From: Thermoplasmata archaeon
GTDB lineage: Archaea > Thermoplasmatota > DTKX01 > VGTL01
Length of the DNA stretch: 64,000 bases
Assembly: GCA_038851035.1 (NCBI GenBank)
Contig: JAWCLH010000003.1
Location: 47,511-111,510 of the forward strand
Direction of reading: 5' to 3'
The notes below the pieces were generated by a model. That model worked only from the letters and a program-made list of their open reading frames with translations, did no database searches and was not told where the DNA came from. Position 1 is the stretch's first letter; the number at the start of each line of letters is the position of its first letter. Positions 37,816 to 47,747 of this stretch are shown piece after piece. A program made the translations under genes and the position numbers.

Positions 37816-39423
37816 ATGAGTGAGCGGGAATGGGGCGAGGCGGACATCCGGACCCTGCTCTCCATCCTCCCGGTCGGGGTGTTCGCGGCGGACTCCGAGG
37901 GCCTCTACACGTATGTTAACCTTCGCTGGTCCGAGATAACTGGAATCTCGATGGAGGCGGCGAGGGGCAGGGGCTGGGAAGAGGGGTTGCATCCGGAAGA
38001 TAGGGCTACGACGGTCAGAGACTGGTACGCTGCCGTGAAGAGGGGCGCTATATGGAAGAGCCGGCACAGGCTCCGGAGCCGGATGGGGAAGGAGGTGTGG
38101 GTGTTGGAGCAGGCGGTCCCGCTCCGGGGCAGGGAGGGAAGAGTCCAGGGCTATATCGGCACCCAGCTGGACATAACTCTCCAGATGGAGGAGGAAAGGA
38201 GGAAAAAAAGGGAATTGGAGGTTGTCGAGAGGGTCACCCAGCTCCTCGGTGCGGGTCTCGCTTTAATATCAAAAAAATCACGGGTAATCTGGGCCAACAG
38301 CGTGCTAAAAAGGCGCTATGGAGAAATAGAGGGGACTATATGCCCTCTCGCGCATGGCCGCGGGCGGGCCCTGTGCCCAAAGTGCGCTGTTATGGAGGTC
38401 TTCCTCACCGGAAGGGATGCGGTCGTCAAGGAACAGAAGAGCGTAGAGAGGGATGGTGAGGTACGATGGAACCAGATAATGGCCTCTCCGATCAGAGGCG
38501 AGGGCGGCGGGATCGAGGCCGTTCTGGAGCTCGTCGTTCCAATAACTGAAAGAAAAATATCGGAGCAGACGCTTAGGGAGAGCGAGGAGAGGTTCCGAAG
38601 GCTTGCCGGGGCAGCTTTTGAGGGAATAGTGATTCACGGCCCGGAGGGAATTATCGACTGCAACCTCAGGTTCGCAGAGATGGTCGGGAGGGAGCCGGCC
38701 GAGCTCGTCGGGACCGATCTCTGCGAACTGATATCACAGGAGCAGAGGGCTCTAGCGAGGGAGTGCTTTTCCCAAGGCCTCAGCTGGCCCCACGAGTTCC
38801 TTCTGCTCAGGAAGGGCGGCGAGCCCCTGCCCGTTGAGGTCGTAGGGCGGGAGATTCCATACGAAGGCAGACGTCTCTTCGTTTCTTCGTTTAGGGACAT
38901 CAGCGAGAGAAAGGAGGTCGAAAGGCTCAGGAGGGAGAGGGAGAGGTCCGAGCTCTACGGCCTCGTGGTCAGCGCCCTCCCTCTGATTGTGCCCGGACCC
39001 TACCAGGAGATCCGGATGGATCTTCTCAAGACCTTCGCCGAGCGCTTCGAGGCCTACTTCAGGCCCAGATACGAAAAAGAAATGGAGGCGGAGGGTGAGG
39101 CGTCAGAAAGCGGGGCCGCGAAGAGAAATGGACGCGCAGTTACCATGGACAAATACGTTCACTGGTGTGCGGAGCTCTTCAGGAGCTTCGGCCTCACTGT
39201 CAGCTCGGGTTCAGAGGCCGGCTCTGGCCATCTGGAGTTCCACAGCTGCCCCTGGATAGAATACTCGAAGAACAACCCCGTGTTCTGCATCTTGTGCAGG
39301 ACGATGGTCTCACGGAGCTTCTCATGGGCCTGCCCGGGCGGGGCTGTGGGCGTGAAGAGCACAATCGCCGGCGGCGGGAAGTGCTGCAGGTTCGAGTTCA
39401 GACAGCTCCGCGGAAAAAGGTGA
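37816..39423 (+). CDS. Multi-PAS sensor protein with a Cys-rich C-terminal putative ligand/metal-binding output domain (V4R-like?)
   Basis: PAS blocks (LLSILPVGVFAADSEGLYTYVNLRWSEITG..., ALISKKSRVIWANSV..., IVIHGPEGIIDCNLRFAEMVGREPAELVG...). The C-terminal 150 aa carry HWC, HSCPW, CILC, WACPGG, GKCCRFEF cysteines. Confidence 0.7.
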   Translation: MSEREWGEADIRTLLSILPVGVFAADSEGLYTYVNLRWSEITGISMEAARGRGWEEGLHPEDRATTVRDWYAAVKRGAIWKSRHRLRSRMGKEVWVLEQAVPLRGREGRVQGYIGTQLDITLQMEEERRKKRELEVVERVTQLLGAGLALISKKSRVIWANSVLKRRYGEIEGTICPLAHGRGRALCPKCAVMEVFLTGRDAVVKEQKSVERDGEVRWNQIMASPIRGEGGGIEAVLELVVPITERKISEQTLRESEERFRRLAGAAFEGIVIHGPEGIIDCNLRFAEMVGREPAELVGTDLCELISQEQRALARECFSQGLSWPHEFLLLRKGGEPLPVEVVGREIPYEGRRLFVSSFRDISERKEVERLRRERERSELYGLVVSALPLIVPGPYQEIRMDLLKTFAERFEAYFRPRYEKEMEAEGEASESGAAKRNGRAVTMDKYVHWCAELFRSFGLTVSSGSEAGSGHLEFHSCPWIEYSKNNPVFCILCRTMVSRSFSWACPGGAVGVKSTIAGGGKCCRFEFRQLRGKR

Positions 39424-39527
39424 GAGCGAGGCTCGTGCGTGTCTCTGGCCGGGGCCGAGGGTTGAGAGATAAATATTAATCTTCTCTAAGCATTACAGAG
39501 AAGCGAAAGCAACTGGAGGCTGCTGGC

Positions 39528-40637
39528 GTGAAGTCGATAATCACGGACGCGCTCTCCCGACGGGGAGCCGAGGGAATGCCGCTGGCGCTGGCCCAGCCGT
39601 CCGCCCCGGCGGAGCCTGGCGCCGACGACCGAGAGCTCGAGGAGATTCTTCAGGGGATGAAGGTCAGGATCAAGGTCTTCGGCTGCGGGGGCGGCGGCTC
39701 GAACACGATAAACCGGCTCGTCGAAGCGGGAGTGCTCGGGGCGGAGCTCTTTGCGCTCAACACCGACGCCAAGCACCTCCTGACGGTCCACGCCCAGAGG
39801 AAATTTTTGCTGGGCAAGAGGTTGACGAGGGGCCTCGGCGCAGGCGCGATACCGCAAGTCGGGGAGGAGGCTGCGAGGGAGGCCGAGGAGGAGATAAAGC
39901 CCGTGATGGCGAACACCGACATCGCATTCATCACCTGCGGCATGGGCGGTGGAACTGGAACGGGTGCTGCGCCCGTCATTGCGAAGATGGCGAAGGACGC
40001 CGGCGCGCTGGTAATCGGGGTCGTGACGATGCCCTTCCACGCCGAGGGCGCGATGAGGATGCAGAATGCGCTCGAGGGACTTGAGAGGCTTGAGAAGGTC
40101 GCTGACACAGTGATCGTGGTTCCCAACGACAAGCTGCTTCAGCTCGTCCCCCGGCTCCCCCTAGACCAGGCCTTCAAGGTCGCAGACGAGGTGCTGATGC
40201 TCGCGATAAAGGGAATAACCGAGGTCGTAACTAAGCCCGGGCTGGTCAACCTGGACTTCAGCGACCTGAAGACCATAATGAAGGGCGGCGGGGTGGCGAT
40301 GATAGGTATGGGCGAGGGCGAGGGCGACGAGAAGGCCAACGACGCCATCCAGGAGGCCCTGAACTCACCGCTCCTCGATGTGGACATATCGGAGGCCACG
40401 GGAGCGCTGATCAGCGTGACCGGGGGCCCGGACATGACCGTGGCAGAGGCGGAGAAGATGGCCGAAATCGTCGGGAGCAGAATCAACCCGATGGCAAGAA
40501 TCATCTGGGGCTGCTCCGTGGACCCCAGCCTCGAGCACGGCATGAAGGTGCTTCTTGTCGTGACCGGCGTGAAGAGCCGGTACCAGCTTTCGGAGATATC
40601 GCACCGGGCGGAGAAGGGGCTCGAGTTCCTCAGGTAG
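39528..40637 (+). CDS. ftsZ: Cell division GTPase FtsZ (paralog A)
   Basis: GCGGGGSNTINRL, tubulin signature GMGGGTGTGAAPVIA, NTDAKHL, VPNDKL. Confidence 0.9.
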   Translation: MKSIITDALSRRGAEGMPLALAQPSAPAEPGADDRELEEILQGMKVRIKVFGCGGGGSNTINRLVEAGVLGAELFALNTDAKHLLTVHAQRKFLLGKRLTRGLGAGAIPQVGEEAAREAEEEIKPVMANTDIAFITCGMGGGTGTGAAPVIAKMAKDAGALVIGVVTMPFHAEGAMRMQNALEGLERLEKVADTVIVVPNDKLLQLVPRLPLDQAFKVADEVLMLAIKGITEVVTKPGLVNLDFSDLKTIMKGGGVAMIGMGEGEGDEKANDAIQEALNSPLLDVDISEATGALISVTGGPDMTVAEAEKMAEIVGSRINPMARIIWGCSVDPSLEHGMKVLLVVTGVKSRYQLSEISHRAEKGLEFLR

Positions 40638-40772
40638 GTCAGGGACAAACCGAAACGTATTAAAATATAAACCCCGTTAGGACCCAGCGAGCCCGCCGGC
40701 AGGGCGCGCCTCAGAGATAGATTAGTCCGGTCTATCCCAGCGCGGCTGGCCCGCGGGAGGGAAGGGACCGAA

Positions 40773-41900
40773 ATGAAGTCAATCGTCCGAGACATGCTCT
40801 CCAGGCCCGCGAGCGAGCGGCCGAGCCTGGCCCCCACCGGCACCCCGCCGCCCCAGCCCGGGCCCGCCGGGGCGGACGACGAGGAGCTGGAGAAGGTGCT
40901 CCAGGGTCTTAAGACCCGGATAAAAATAATCGGTTGCGGGGGCGGGGGCTGCAATACGATAAATAGAATCGTTGAGGCTGGAATTCCGGGGGTGGAGTTA
41001 TTTGCCGCCAACACAGACGCCCAGCACCTTCTGGCGATTCATGCCCCCCGGAAGATTCTCTTGGGAAGGAGGACAACCAGGGGCTTGGGCGCCGGCGCGA
41101 TACCCCATGTCGGCGAGGAGGCGGCGAGGGAGTCGGAGGAGGAGCTCAAAGCGGCCCTGAACGGGGCAGACATATGCTTCATCACCTGCGGCCTGGGCGG
41201 GGGCACAGGCACGGGGTCTGTCTCTGTGGTAGCTAAAATCGCCAAGGATCTGGGGGCACTGACCATCGGCGTCGTCACCCTGCCGTTCAAGGCGGAGGGC
41301 ATCGTGAGGATGGAAAATGCCGAGTGGGGCCTCGAGCAGCTTAGGAGGAACGCCGACACAGTCATAGTGATACCCAACGACAAGCTTCTGGAGCTCGTCC
41401 CCCGGCTCTCGCTCAACGCAGCCTTCAAGGTCGCGGACGAGGTCCTGATGCGCTCGATAATCGGAATATCGGAGATAATCACCAAGCCCGGCCTCGTGAA
41501 TCTGGACTTCAGCGACCTTAAGACGATAATGAAGGGCGGGGGGGTGGCGATGATTGGTCTCGGGGAGGCCTCCGAGGACAACAGGGCCCTCGAGGCGGTG
41601 AACGAGGCCCTCAACTCGCCCCTGCTCGAGGTGGACATATCAGACGCCAACGGGGCCCTAGTAAACGTCACGGGCGGCCCGGACATGACGATAGCCGAGG
41701 CGGGCAGGGTGGTTGAGGAGGTCCACAACCGCATCAATCCCGGAGCCAGAATCATCTGGGGGGCGGCGGTAGACCCCGCGCTCGAGCGCACTTTGAGAGT
41801 GATGATAGTGGTCACAGGAGTGAAGAGCCGGCAGATACTGGGGCCAACCTCCCGGCCGGTCTACTCACAGCTGCACGGAATAGATTTCGTAAGGAGATAG
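40773..41900 (+). CDS. ftsZ: Cell division GTPase FtsZ (paralog B)
   Basis: [35 protein letters not shown]; about 60% identical to the upstream copy. Confidence 0.9.
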   Translation: MKSIVRDMLSRPASERPSLAPTGTPPPQPGPAGADDEELEKVLQGLKTRIKIIGCGGGGCNTINRIVEAGIPGVELFAANTDAQHLLAIHAPRKILLGRRTTRGLGAGAIPHVGEEAARESEEELKAALNGADICFITCGLGGGTGTGSVSVVAKIAKDLGALTIGVVTLPFKAEGIVRMENAEWGLEQLRRNADTVIVIPNDKLLELVPRLSLNAAFKVADEVLMRSIIGISEIITKPGLVNLDFSDLKTIMKGGGVAMIGLGEASEDNRALEAVNEALNSPLLEVDISDANGALVNVTGGPDMTIAEAGRVVEEVHNRINPGARIIWGAAVDPALERTLRVMIVVTGVKSRQILGPTSRPVYSQLHGIDFVRR

Positions 41901-41903
41901 GAA

Positions 41904-42143
41904 ATGGATATCATAGAGCGCTCTTGGAGAATTCAGAACCGATTCGACGAAAAGCTCAAGCAGTTCGGGAAGGGGAAGTATGGCCGGGTGCTCAAGATGG
42001 CCAAGAAGCCCGAGCCGGAGGAGTACAAGAAAACCCTTCAGATAACCAGCGCCGGCTGCGTGCTGATCGGCGGCCTAGGTTTTCTCATATACCTGATATG
42101 GAATTACGGTCCCGGTATCTTCCGCAGCGCTCTGGGGATTTGA
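41904..42143 (+). CDS. secE: Protein translocase subunit SecE/Sec61-gamma
   Basis: 79 aa, basic N-region then a single TM (ITSAGCVLIGGLGFLIYLIW); conserved position between ftsZ and spt5. Confidence 0.7.
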   Translation: MDIIERSWRIQNRFDEKLKQFGKGKYGRVLKMAKKPEPEEYKKTLQITSAGCVLIGGLGFLIYLIWNYGPGIFRSALGI

Positions 42144-42156
42144 GCGGAATCGCGGG

Positions 42157-42708
42157 GTGAGCGGGTTGGAAGAGGGTATAAAGGGGACGGACTCTCAAAG
42201 GGAGGCGGTGGAGAAGGGCGTCGGGCACGGGCAGGAGGAGGAGGCTCCCTCGAAGCCCCAGATAGTCGTTGTGAAGACCTCAATAGGGCATGAGAAGATC
42301 GTGGCCGACGCCATAGCGGGGCGGGTGAAGCGGAGGGGAGCGAAGGTGTTCTCGATTCTCTCCCCCTCCAATCTACGCGGGTACCTCTTAGTCGAGACCT
42401 TGGACAAGGACGAGTTCAAGAACCTCGTTAAGGGAATTCCAAGGGTAAGGGGAATGGTCGAGGGCAGCACGATAATGGGGGAGATATCTCACTTTCTCAC
42501 GCCAAAGCCTCTAGTCTCGGGTATTGTCGAGGGCGACATCGTCGAGCTCGTCAGCGGACCTTTCAAGGGCGAGAAGGCGCGGGTCCAGCAGATAGACGAG
42601 GCCAAGGAGGAGATAACCGTCGAGCTGTTCGAGGCCCTGATATCGATTCCGGTCACGGTCAAGGGCGACTGCGTTCGTGTGATAGAGAAAGAGGAGGAGG
42701 AGAAGTAG
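42157..42708 (+). CDS. spt5: Transcription elongation factor Spt5 (NusG homolog; NGN + KOW)
   Basis: [18 protein letters not shown] (NGN) and [18 protein letters not shown] (KOW); the start may be downstream of the called GTG. Confidence 0.8.
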   Translation: MSGLEEGIKGTDSQREAVEKGVGHGQEEEAPSKPQIVVVKTSIGHEKIVADAIAGRVKRRGAKVFSILSPSNLRGYLLVETLDKDEFKNLVKGIPRVRGMVEGSTIMGEISHFLTPKPLVSGIVEGDIVELVSGPFKGEKARVQQIDEAKEEITVELFEALISIPVTVKGDCVRVIEKEEEEK

Positions 42709-42736
42709 CGCCGCTTACCGCTCGCGCTCACGGAAG

Positions 42737-43222
42737 GTGCATCGGATGGCTGAGAAAATCGAGGTTCTGGTGGAGGGCGGAAAGGCCACCCCGGGCCCCC
42801 CCCTAGGCCCAGTGCTGGGGCCTTTGGGGGTGAATGTCGTCCAAGTGGTCGCGAAGATAAACGAGAAGACGAAAGCCTTCACGGGCATGAAGGTTCCCGT
42901 GAAAGTGATTGTTGAAAAGGACAGGAGCTTCACCATTGAGGTGGGCTCCCCGCCAACCTCCGCCCTGATAATGAAGGAGCTCGGGCTCGAGAAGGGGTCG
43001 GGAAACCCGAAGGCGAGTAAGGTCGGAAACCTCAGCCTCGAGCAAGCGAAGAAGATCGCGAAAATGAAGGAGGAGTCGATGCTCGGCAGGGATCTCAAGA
43101 AGGCGGTCAAGGAGGTCGTGGGTACCTGCGTCTCGATGGGCGTCACGGTGGAGGGCAGGGACCCGCGAGAGGTCCAGAAGGAGATCGACGAGGGGAAGCA
43201 CGACCGGCTCCTCTCTGGCTGA
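42737..43222 (+). CDS. rpl11: 50S ribosomal protein L11
   Basis: [23 protein letters not shown]...PVKVIV signature. Confidence 0.9.
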   Translation: MHRMAEKIEVLVEGGKATPGPPLGPVLGPLGVNVVQVVAKINEKTKAFTGMKVPVKVIVEKDRSFTIEVGSPPTSALIMKELGLEKGSGNPKASKVGNLSLEQAKKIAKMKEESMLGRDLKKAVKEVVGTCVSMGVTVEGRDPREVQKEIDEGKHDRLLSG

Positions 43223-43357
43223 CGGCCCGTGGCCAGTCAGAAACTTTGATATACCTCCACCGCTCTGTGCCCCCCCACCGGAAGTCCAAGTAACGGCCCT
43301 GTAGGAGAGGGAGACCCCTCGACCAAGGTCTTCAAATGGCACTACAGGGGTGATGAG

Positions 43358-43996
43358 ATGGCTGAGGAAAAGATAGTTGAAGCGGTCCGGAAGGCTCTCC
43401 AGGCAGGCAAGCCGAGGAAGTTCCTGGAGAGCGTGGAGATAAGTATCAACCTCAAAGACGTCGACCTCTCCCTGCCGAAGAACAGAATAGATGAGGAGAT
43501 ACCGCTCCCAAAGGGCCGCGGGAAGCCCGTGAAGGTCGCAGTCTTCGGAACTGGAGAGCTGGCATTCAGGGCGAAGAGCGTGGCAGACCGTGTGCTGACG
43601 CCCGAGGAGATGGAAAAGCTAGCCGAAAACAAGCGGGAGAGCAGAAAGCTCGCCTCCACTTACAACTACTTCATCGCCGAAGCTCCCCTGATGCCGTCCA
43701 TAGGCAAGAAGCTCGGCAGAATTCTCGCTCCCCGGGGAAAGATGCCCCGGCCCATACCACCCCAAGCCGACCCTGTTCCAATAATAAACGCCGCCCGGAA
43801 CTCGGTAAGGGTGAGGAGCAAGGACCGCAGGACCTTCCACGCCACGGTGGGCACACGCGAAATGTCCCCCGAGGACCTGGCCGACAATATCGAGGCGGTT
43901 CTGAAGAGGGTGACCTCGAAGCTGGAAAGGGGGGAGGGAAACATCCAGTCGGTCTTCGTGAAGACCACAATGGGGCCCGCGGTCAGGATAATGTGA
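43358..43996 (+). CDS. rpl1: 50S ribosomal protein L1
   Basis: LESVEISINLKDVD...PKGRGK...VAVF pattern of L1. Confidence 0.9.
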   Translation: MAEEKIVEAVRKALQAGKPRKFLESVEISINLKDVDLSLPKNRIDEEIPLPKGRGKPVKVAVFGTGELAFRAKSVADRVLTPEEMEKLAENKRESRKLASTYNYFIAEAPLMPSIGKKLGRILAPRGKMPRPIPPQADPVPIINAARNSVRVRSKDRRTFHATVGTREMSPEDLADNIEAVLKRVTSKLERGEGNIQSVFVKTTMGPAVRIM

Positions 43997-43997
43997 G

Positions 43998-44867
43998 GTG
44001 AGGGGAATGGCGAAGAGGGAAGCTCATGTGGCTCCGCAGAAGAAGGAGACAGTGAGGCGAATCTCGGAGCTAATCCAGAGATACCCAGTCATAGGAGTTG
44101 CCAGCGTCGCCGGCGTCCCCGGCCCCCAGCTCCAAGCCATCCGGAGGCGGCTGAGGGGAAAGGCGGAGATTCTGGTTTCCAAGAACAACCTCTTCGAGAT
44201 AGCATTCAGGGAAGGCGAACAGCTCAAGCCAGGCATCGGGGGGCTCTCGGAGGGGGTTAGCGGCCAGACCGCACTTGTTGCCACGGGCCTCAGCCCGTTC
44301 CTCATGTATAAGGAGCTAGAAGCGACCAAACAGAGGTCGCCGGCTAGGGGAGGGGAGACCGCCCCGGAGGACATCATAGTCCCGGCAGGCGAGACCTCTT
44401 TTAAGCCGGGCCCCATCGTCGGGGAACTCCAGAAGGCGGGGATACCGGCGGGCATCGAGGGTGGCAAGGTGGTCATAAAGAAAGACAAGCTTCTCGTGAA
44501 AAAGGGTGAGAAGATACCACGAGAGCTCGCCCCGATGCTGACCAAGCTCGAGATACTCCCTCTGACCGTCGGTCTCGACCTGCGACTCGCTTGGGAAGCG
44601 GGCACGGTCTATCCGGCGAGCATGCTGGCAATAGACGAGCAGAAGACGGCCGCAGAGTTGGCCGCCGCGGCCCTCTATGCTTTCAATTTGGCGGTCTTCG
44701 CCGCATATCCGACCGCTGCTACCATCCAGCCCCTCATTCGGAGGGCCAGACTGGAGGCCCTATCGCTCGCACTAGAGGCCGGCGTCGCCAACAGAGACAC
44801 AATCGAGCTCCTGCTCGGTGCTGCCCATGCACGGGCGGCCGCGCTTTCGGCAACAATAGGACTGTGA
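43998..44867 (+). CDS. rplP0: 50S ribosomal stalk protein L10/P0 (appears to lack the usual acidic C-terminal tail)
   Basis: AHVAPQKKETVRRISELIQRYPVIGVASVAGVPGPQLQAIRRRLRG N-domain typical of P0; ends ...SATIGL without a P1-like tail. Confidence 0.8.
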   Translation: MRGMAKREAHVAPQKKETVRRISELIQRYPVIGVASVAGVPGPQLQAIRRRLRGKAEILVSKNNLFEIAFREGEQLKPGIGGLSEGVSGQTALVATGLSPFLMYKELEATKQRSPARGGETAPEDIIVPAGETSFKPGPIVGELQKAGIPAGIEGGKVVIKKDKLLVKKGEKIPRELAPMLTKLEILPLTVGLDLRLAWEAGTVYPASMLAIDEQKTAAELAAAALYAFNLAVFAAYPTAATIQPLIRRARLEALSLALEAGVANRDTIELLLGAAHARAAALSATIGL

Positions 44868-44935
44868 GGTATTCCAGAATTATGATCACAATAAATAATG
44901 GGAAGGACCGTGGACTAAAAAGGAGGATGTGAGAG

Positions 44936-45244
44936 ATGGAGTATGTGTACGGTGCGCTCCTCCTGCACTCCGCAGGAAAGCCCATAACCGAGGAGAGTCT
45001 GAGCAATGTGCTGAAGGCCGCGGGCGTGGCCGTGGACGCCACCCGCGCCAAGGCGCTTGTCGCAGCCCTCCAGGGAGTTGATATCGCCAAGGCGATAGCG
45101 ACGGCGGCCGCGGCACCAGTGGTGGCGGCGCCGGCCCCCGAAGCGAAAAAAGAGGAGAAGAAGGAGGAGAAGAAGGAGAAGAAGGAGGAGAAGACAGTAA
45201 CGGAGGAGGAGGCCGCGGCAGGCCTCAGCGCCCTCTTCGGCTGA
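44936..45244 (+). CDS. rpl12: 50S ribosomal stalk protein L12/P1
   Basis: [31 protein letters not shown]...[16 protein letters not shown]...GLSALFG. Confidence 0.85.
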   Translation: MEYVYGALLLHSAGKPITEESLSNVLKAAGVAVDATRAKALVAALQGVDIAKAIATAAAAPVVAAPAPEAKKEEKKEEKKEKKEEKTVTEEEAAAGLSALFG

Positions 45245-45455
45245 ATTCTCTTAGTCCCCTCCCTCAGGCACTTGGGAAAAAATGGAGCGGTTCGGGCTCC
45301 CGAGGCGTCAGCACCGCGTGGTTCGGACCGGAGGGCCCGGGCACATCCCCCGGTCGCCATGCCACAGGTTCCGCGAGCGCCTCGAGCCGAACGCCGGAAC
45401 CCCCCGGAGCGGTGGAAAGTCCAAGACCCTCCCTAGCAGCTCCCTCACTGACTTT

Positions 45456-45809
45456 TTAAAGTCCTCTAGCTAGAATCTCCCGTAGCTCCTTCTCAAACAT
45501 TGCCATGAGCTCCTTGGAAACGTCCTTTTTCAATGCTGGGGGGAGGAGCTCGAGCCCCAGTCTGGCCCCGGCCACCCCGAGCTTGAGCGCGGCGAAGACC
45601 TGGCGGCCCCGGGCCTCAAGGTACATCGATATTGCCTCTTTGATTTCGTCCCTCAGTGCGGGATTCTCCTCGAGTTTGGCTCGGATAACTCTCTTGATTT
45701 CATCCCTGACAAGATCCCTGGTCGCTTCGAGCAGGAGATCCTCTGCTCCGATGACATCGGAAAGGGCTGATTTTATAAGGGGAGCAATATTCTTCTCCTC
45801 ATTATTCAT
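45456..45809 (-). CDS. Hypothetical all-helical protein
   Basis: 117-aa ORF, coherent amphipathic composition, convergent with rpl12; no family recognised. Confidence 0.4.
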   Translation of the reverse strand: MNNEEKNIAPLIKSALSDVIGAEDLLLEATRDLVRDEIKRVIRAKLEENPALRDEIKEAISMYLEARGRQVFAALKLGVAGARLGLELLPPALKKDVSKELMAMFEKELREILARGL

Positions 45810-46176
45810 CTACAGCACCCAGATACCTGATGCCGCTTTGAGTATTAATAATTTAAATGATAGCTTAAACGGAGTTAAATTGAGAACAGGACGAGGCCAA
45901 ATGGGGCTCAAAAGCGGACGCAAAAAGGCGGCCAAATAAAAAGCAGCGGGCCTGACGAGCGGTCTGGGAGCCCCTCCCGGGGGATGACCGAGAGCCATTT
46001 GCGGGAGGGTGGGTGCCCGCGGCCCGCCGCTTTTACGAGAATTCTGTTCAGTCGTAATGGGTGTCGCAGCCGTAGCTGCTGTATACTTCCTCCCAGCTGC
46101 AGTCCTCGTCCTCAGGCATCCCCTCTGCCTCTTTCATTCTGGAATGTAAATTGGAACCGCTTCTTTATATACCCGC

Positions 46177-46239
46177 GGAGGGGGGGTGGGTGAAAGTTGG
46201 GGATGGGGGGGGGGAGAGCGGGGTTAGGGGCAGGTAGGG
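46177..46239 (+). other. G-quadruplex-prone G-run cluster in a ~580-nt stretch without convincing ORFs
   Basis: ggagggggggtgggtg...ttggggatgggggggggg...gcggggttaggggcaggtaggg gives at least 6 G3+ tracts within 63 nt. Confidence 0.4.
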
Positions 46240-46386
46240 AAACAGAAGTTGCGAGAATTGCTCGGGGTGGGGAGGCTCAAGTTGCCCGACGAAGCATGAT
46301 GAAGCTGCCAAGGCGGGCGAAAGCGCTCACTGAATGGGGCGTGGGTTTGGCTGGTTGGGATGGTGCTCACGGGAGGGAACCGGGGC

Positions 46387-47220
46387 TCAGAGCCCCAGAT
46401 GTCTTATATAGTGAAAGAGGTACTGCTGGGCGTAGCCCGCGAAGGGACCGTAGCGATTCATGCCCCATTCTCTAACATTATTCTCTGTGAGCTCTTTCCC
46501 GTTGAAAAAAAGCCGCTCGACCGCCCTTCTTACCCACCTGTCCACGGGGAAGACCTCGAGCCTGCCCAGAGAAAAAAGGAGGACACAGTCGGCGACCTTG
46601 GGCCCGACACCCGCGAGGGCCATCAGCTCCTCCCTAGCTTTCCCTGAGGATAGCTTGCTGAGCTCGTCAAAATCCAGCTGGCCGTTTTGGACAGCCTTCG
46701 CCGCGGAGCAGAGATAGCGCGCCCGGAAGCCCAGCCCCAGTCTCCTTAGAGCTCGAGGCCCCGCGCGAGCAAGGGCACCGGGAGATGGGAAGGAGTGCGT
46801 CTCCCATGCCTCAAGCTGGAGTCTGTTCCCATATCTCTCCGATATTCTCTCAATTGTCGCGGATATCCTCGGGATGTTCGAGGCTATGGAGATGATATAT
46901 GAAGCCAAGCACTCCCATGGCTGCTGGCGCAGGAGCCTCAAACCCCGGTACCTCCGTATTGCAACACGAATATGGTCGTCCACGGCGATGCTGTCGTAGA
47001 TCTCGTCGAGGTCGTCTTCGAGGCGGAAATAGGAGCTGAGCTGGCCAGGCGACAGCGGGGAATTCGAGCGAGCCTCAAGAGTCCTCCCCTTGACCCGGAC
47101 CTTCAGGGCAAAGCCCCCCACGGTGCCGAGGTACCAGTCCCCCTCTTGCCTCCACCTGAATGCTTGGCCGCACCCAAGCGTGTGCGATAGGTTGAGAGGC
47201 CCTTCGAAGGGTATGAACAT
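46387..47220 (-). CDS. ogg: 8-oxoguanine DNA glycosylase/AP lyase, Ogg1 type (HhH-GPD)
   Basis: N-terminal LGCGQAFRWRQ (Ogg1 GQSFRW motif); HhH-GPD LMALAGVGPKVADCVLLF with catalytic Lys and VDRWV Asp. Confidence 0.75.
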   Translation of the reverse strand: MFIPFEGPLNLSHTLGCGQAFRWRQEGDWYLGTVGGFALKVRVKGRTLEARSNSPLSPGQLSSYFRLEDDLDEIYDSIAVDDHIRVAIRRYRGLRLLRQQPWECLASYIISIASNIPRISATIERISERYGNRLQLEAWETHSFPSPGALARAGPRALRRLGLGFRARYLCSAAKAVQNGQLDFDELSKLSSGKAREELMALAGVGPKVADCVLLFSLGRLEVFPVDRWVRRAVERLFFNGKELTENNVREWGMNRYGPFAGYAQQYLFHYIRHLGL

Positions 47221-47747
47221 CAGCTCGAATCTCCCGAATCGGCGCCTAGAGTTGTTCCGAGGATGTAGGGCAGTTGGCCGGAACCAACGCCGTATATTGC
47301 GCTCAGAAACTCTCCTATGGATGTGTTTCTGAGAAAGAAAAGGTGGGCCGGGCAGCCACAGTCGCTGCTCCCGAAGCCCTTAACGCCCACCACGCCGGGA
47401 ATGAAGGAGACCGCCTCTGCCAGCGCGCACTCGAGCCTATCCGTGGATGGAAAGATCGTCGCGCCATCGAGCTTCGCACTCTCCAGAAGATAGTCTATGT
47501 GCCACCGCTTGTTCCTCCTTTTTGTGAAGTGACGGGAGAGGCGCGCGCTGAGGCCGCCCATGGCCGAGCCAACGTAAGCGTAGCTCCCGAGGGCGAAACT
47601 AATTTTCCCGAGTGCCCCCACTCGCACCCTGAGGGGCCGCGGGACACGGATGAGGAGGATGTAGCAACCCCTCGTACACTCACCTCCGTCTGGGTCGAAT
47701 TCTCCCTTCGAAGGGCTCGTCGTACCTTCCGTCCGACTTCGGTCCAA
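47220..47747 (-). CDS. DUF123 (GIY-YIG-like nuclease superfamily) protein, glycosylase-associated; the true start is probably internal/alternative
   Basis: GCYILLIRVPRPLRVRVGALGKISFALGSYAYVGSAMGGLSARLSRHFTKRRNKRWHIDYL resembles DUF123, a family recurrently linked to HhH-GPD glycosylases. Confidence 0.5.
   Translation of the reverse strand: MDRSRTEGTTSPSKGEFDPDGGECTRGCYILLIRVPRPLRVRVGALGKISFALGSYAYVGSAMGGLSARLSRHFTKRRNKRWHIDYLLESAKLDGATIFPSTDRLECALAEAVSFIPGVVGVKGFGSSDCGCPAHLFFLRNTSIGEFLSAIYGVGSGQLPYILGTTLGADSGDSS

Noticed and set aside
45110-45200. Tandem gaggagaagaag repeats
   Set aside because: These encode the normal Lys/Glu-rich hinge of ribosomal stalk protein P1, not an independent repeat element
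46048-46137. 29-codon Cys-containing mini-ORF (minus strand)
   Set aside because: Too short to support from sequence alone in a GC-rich spacer; noted only as a pointer inside the G-rich intergenic finding
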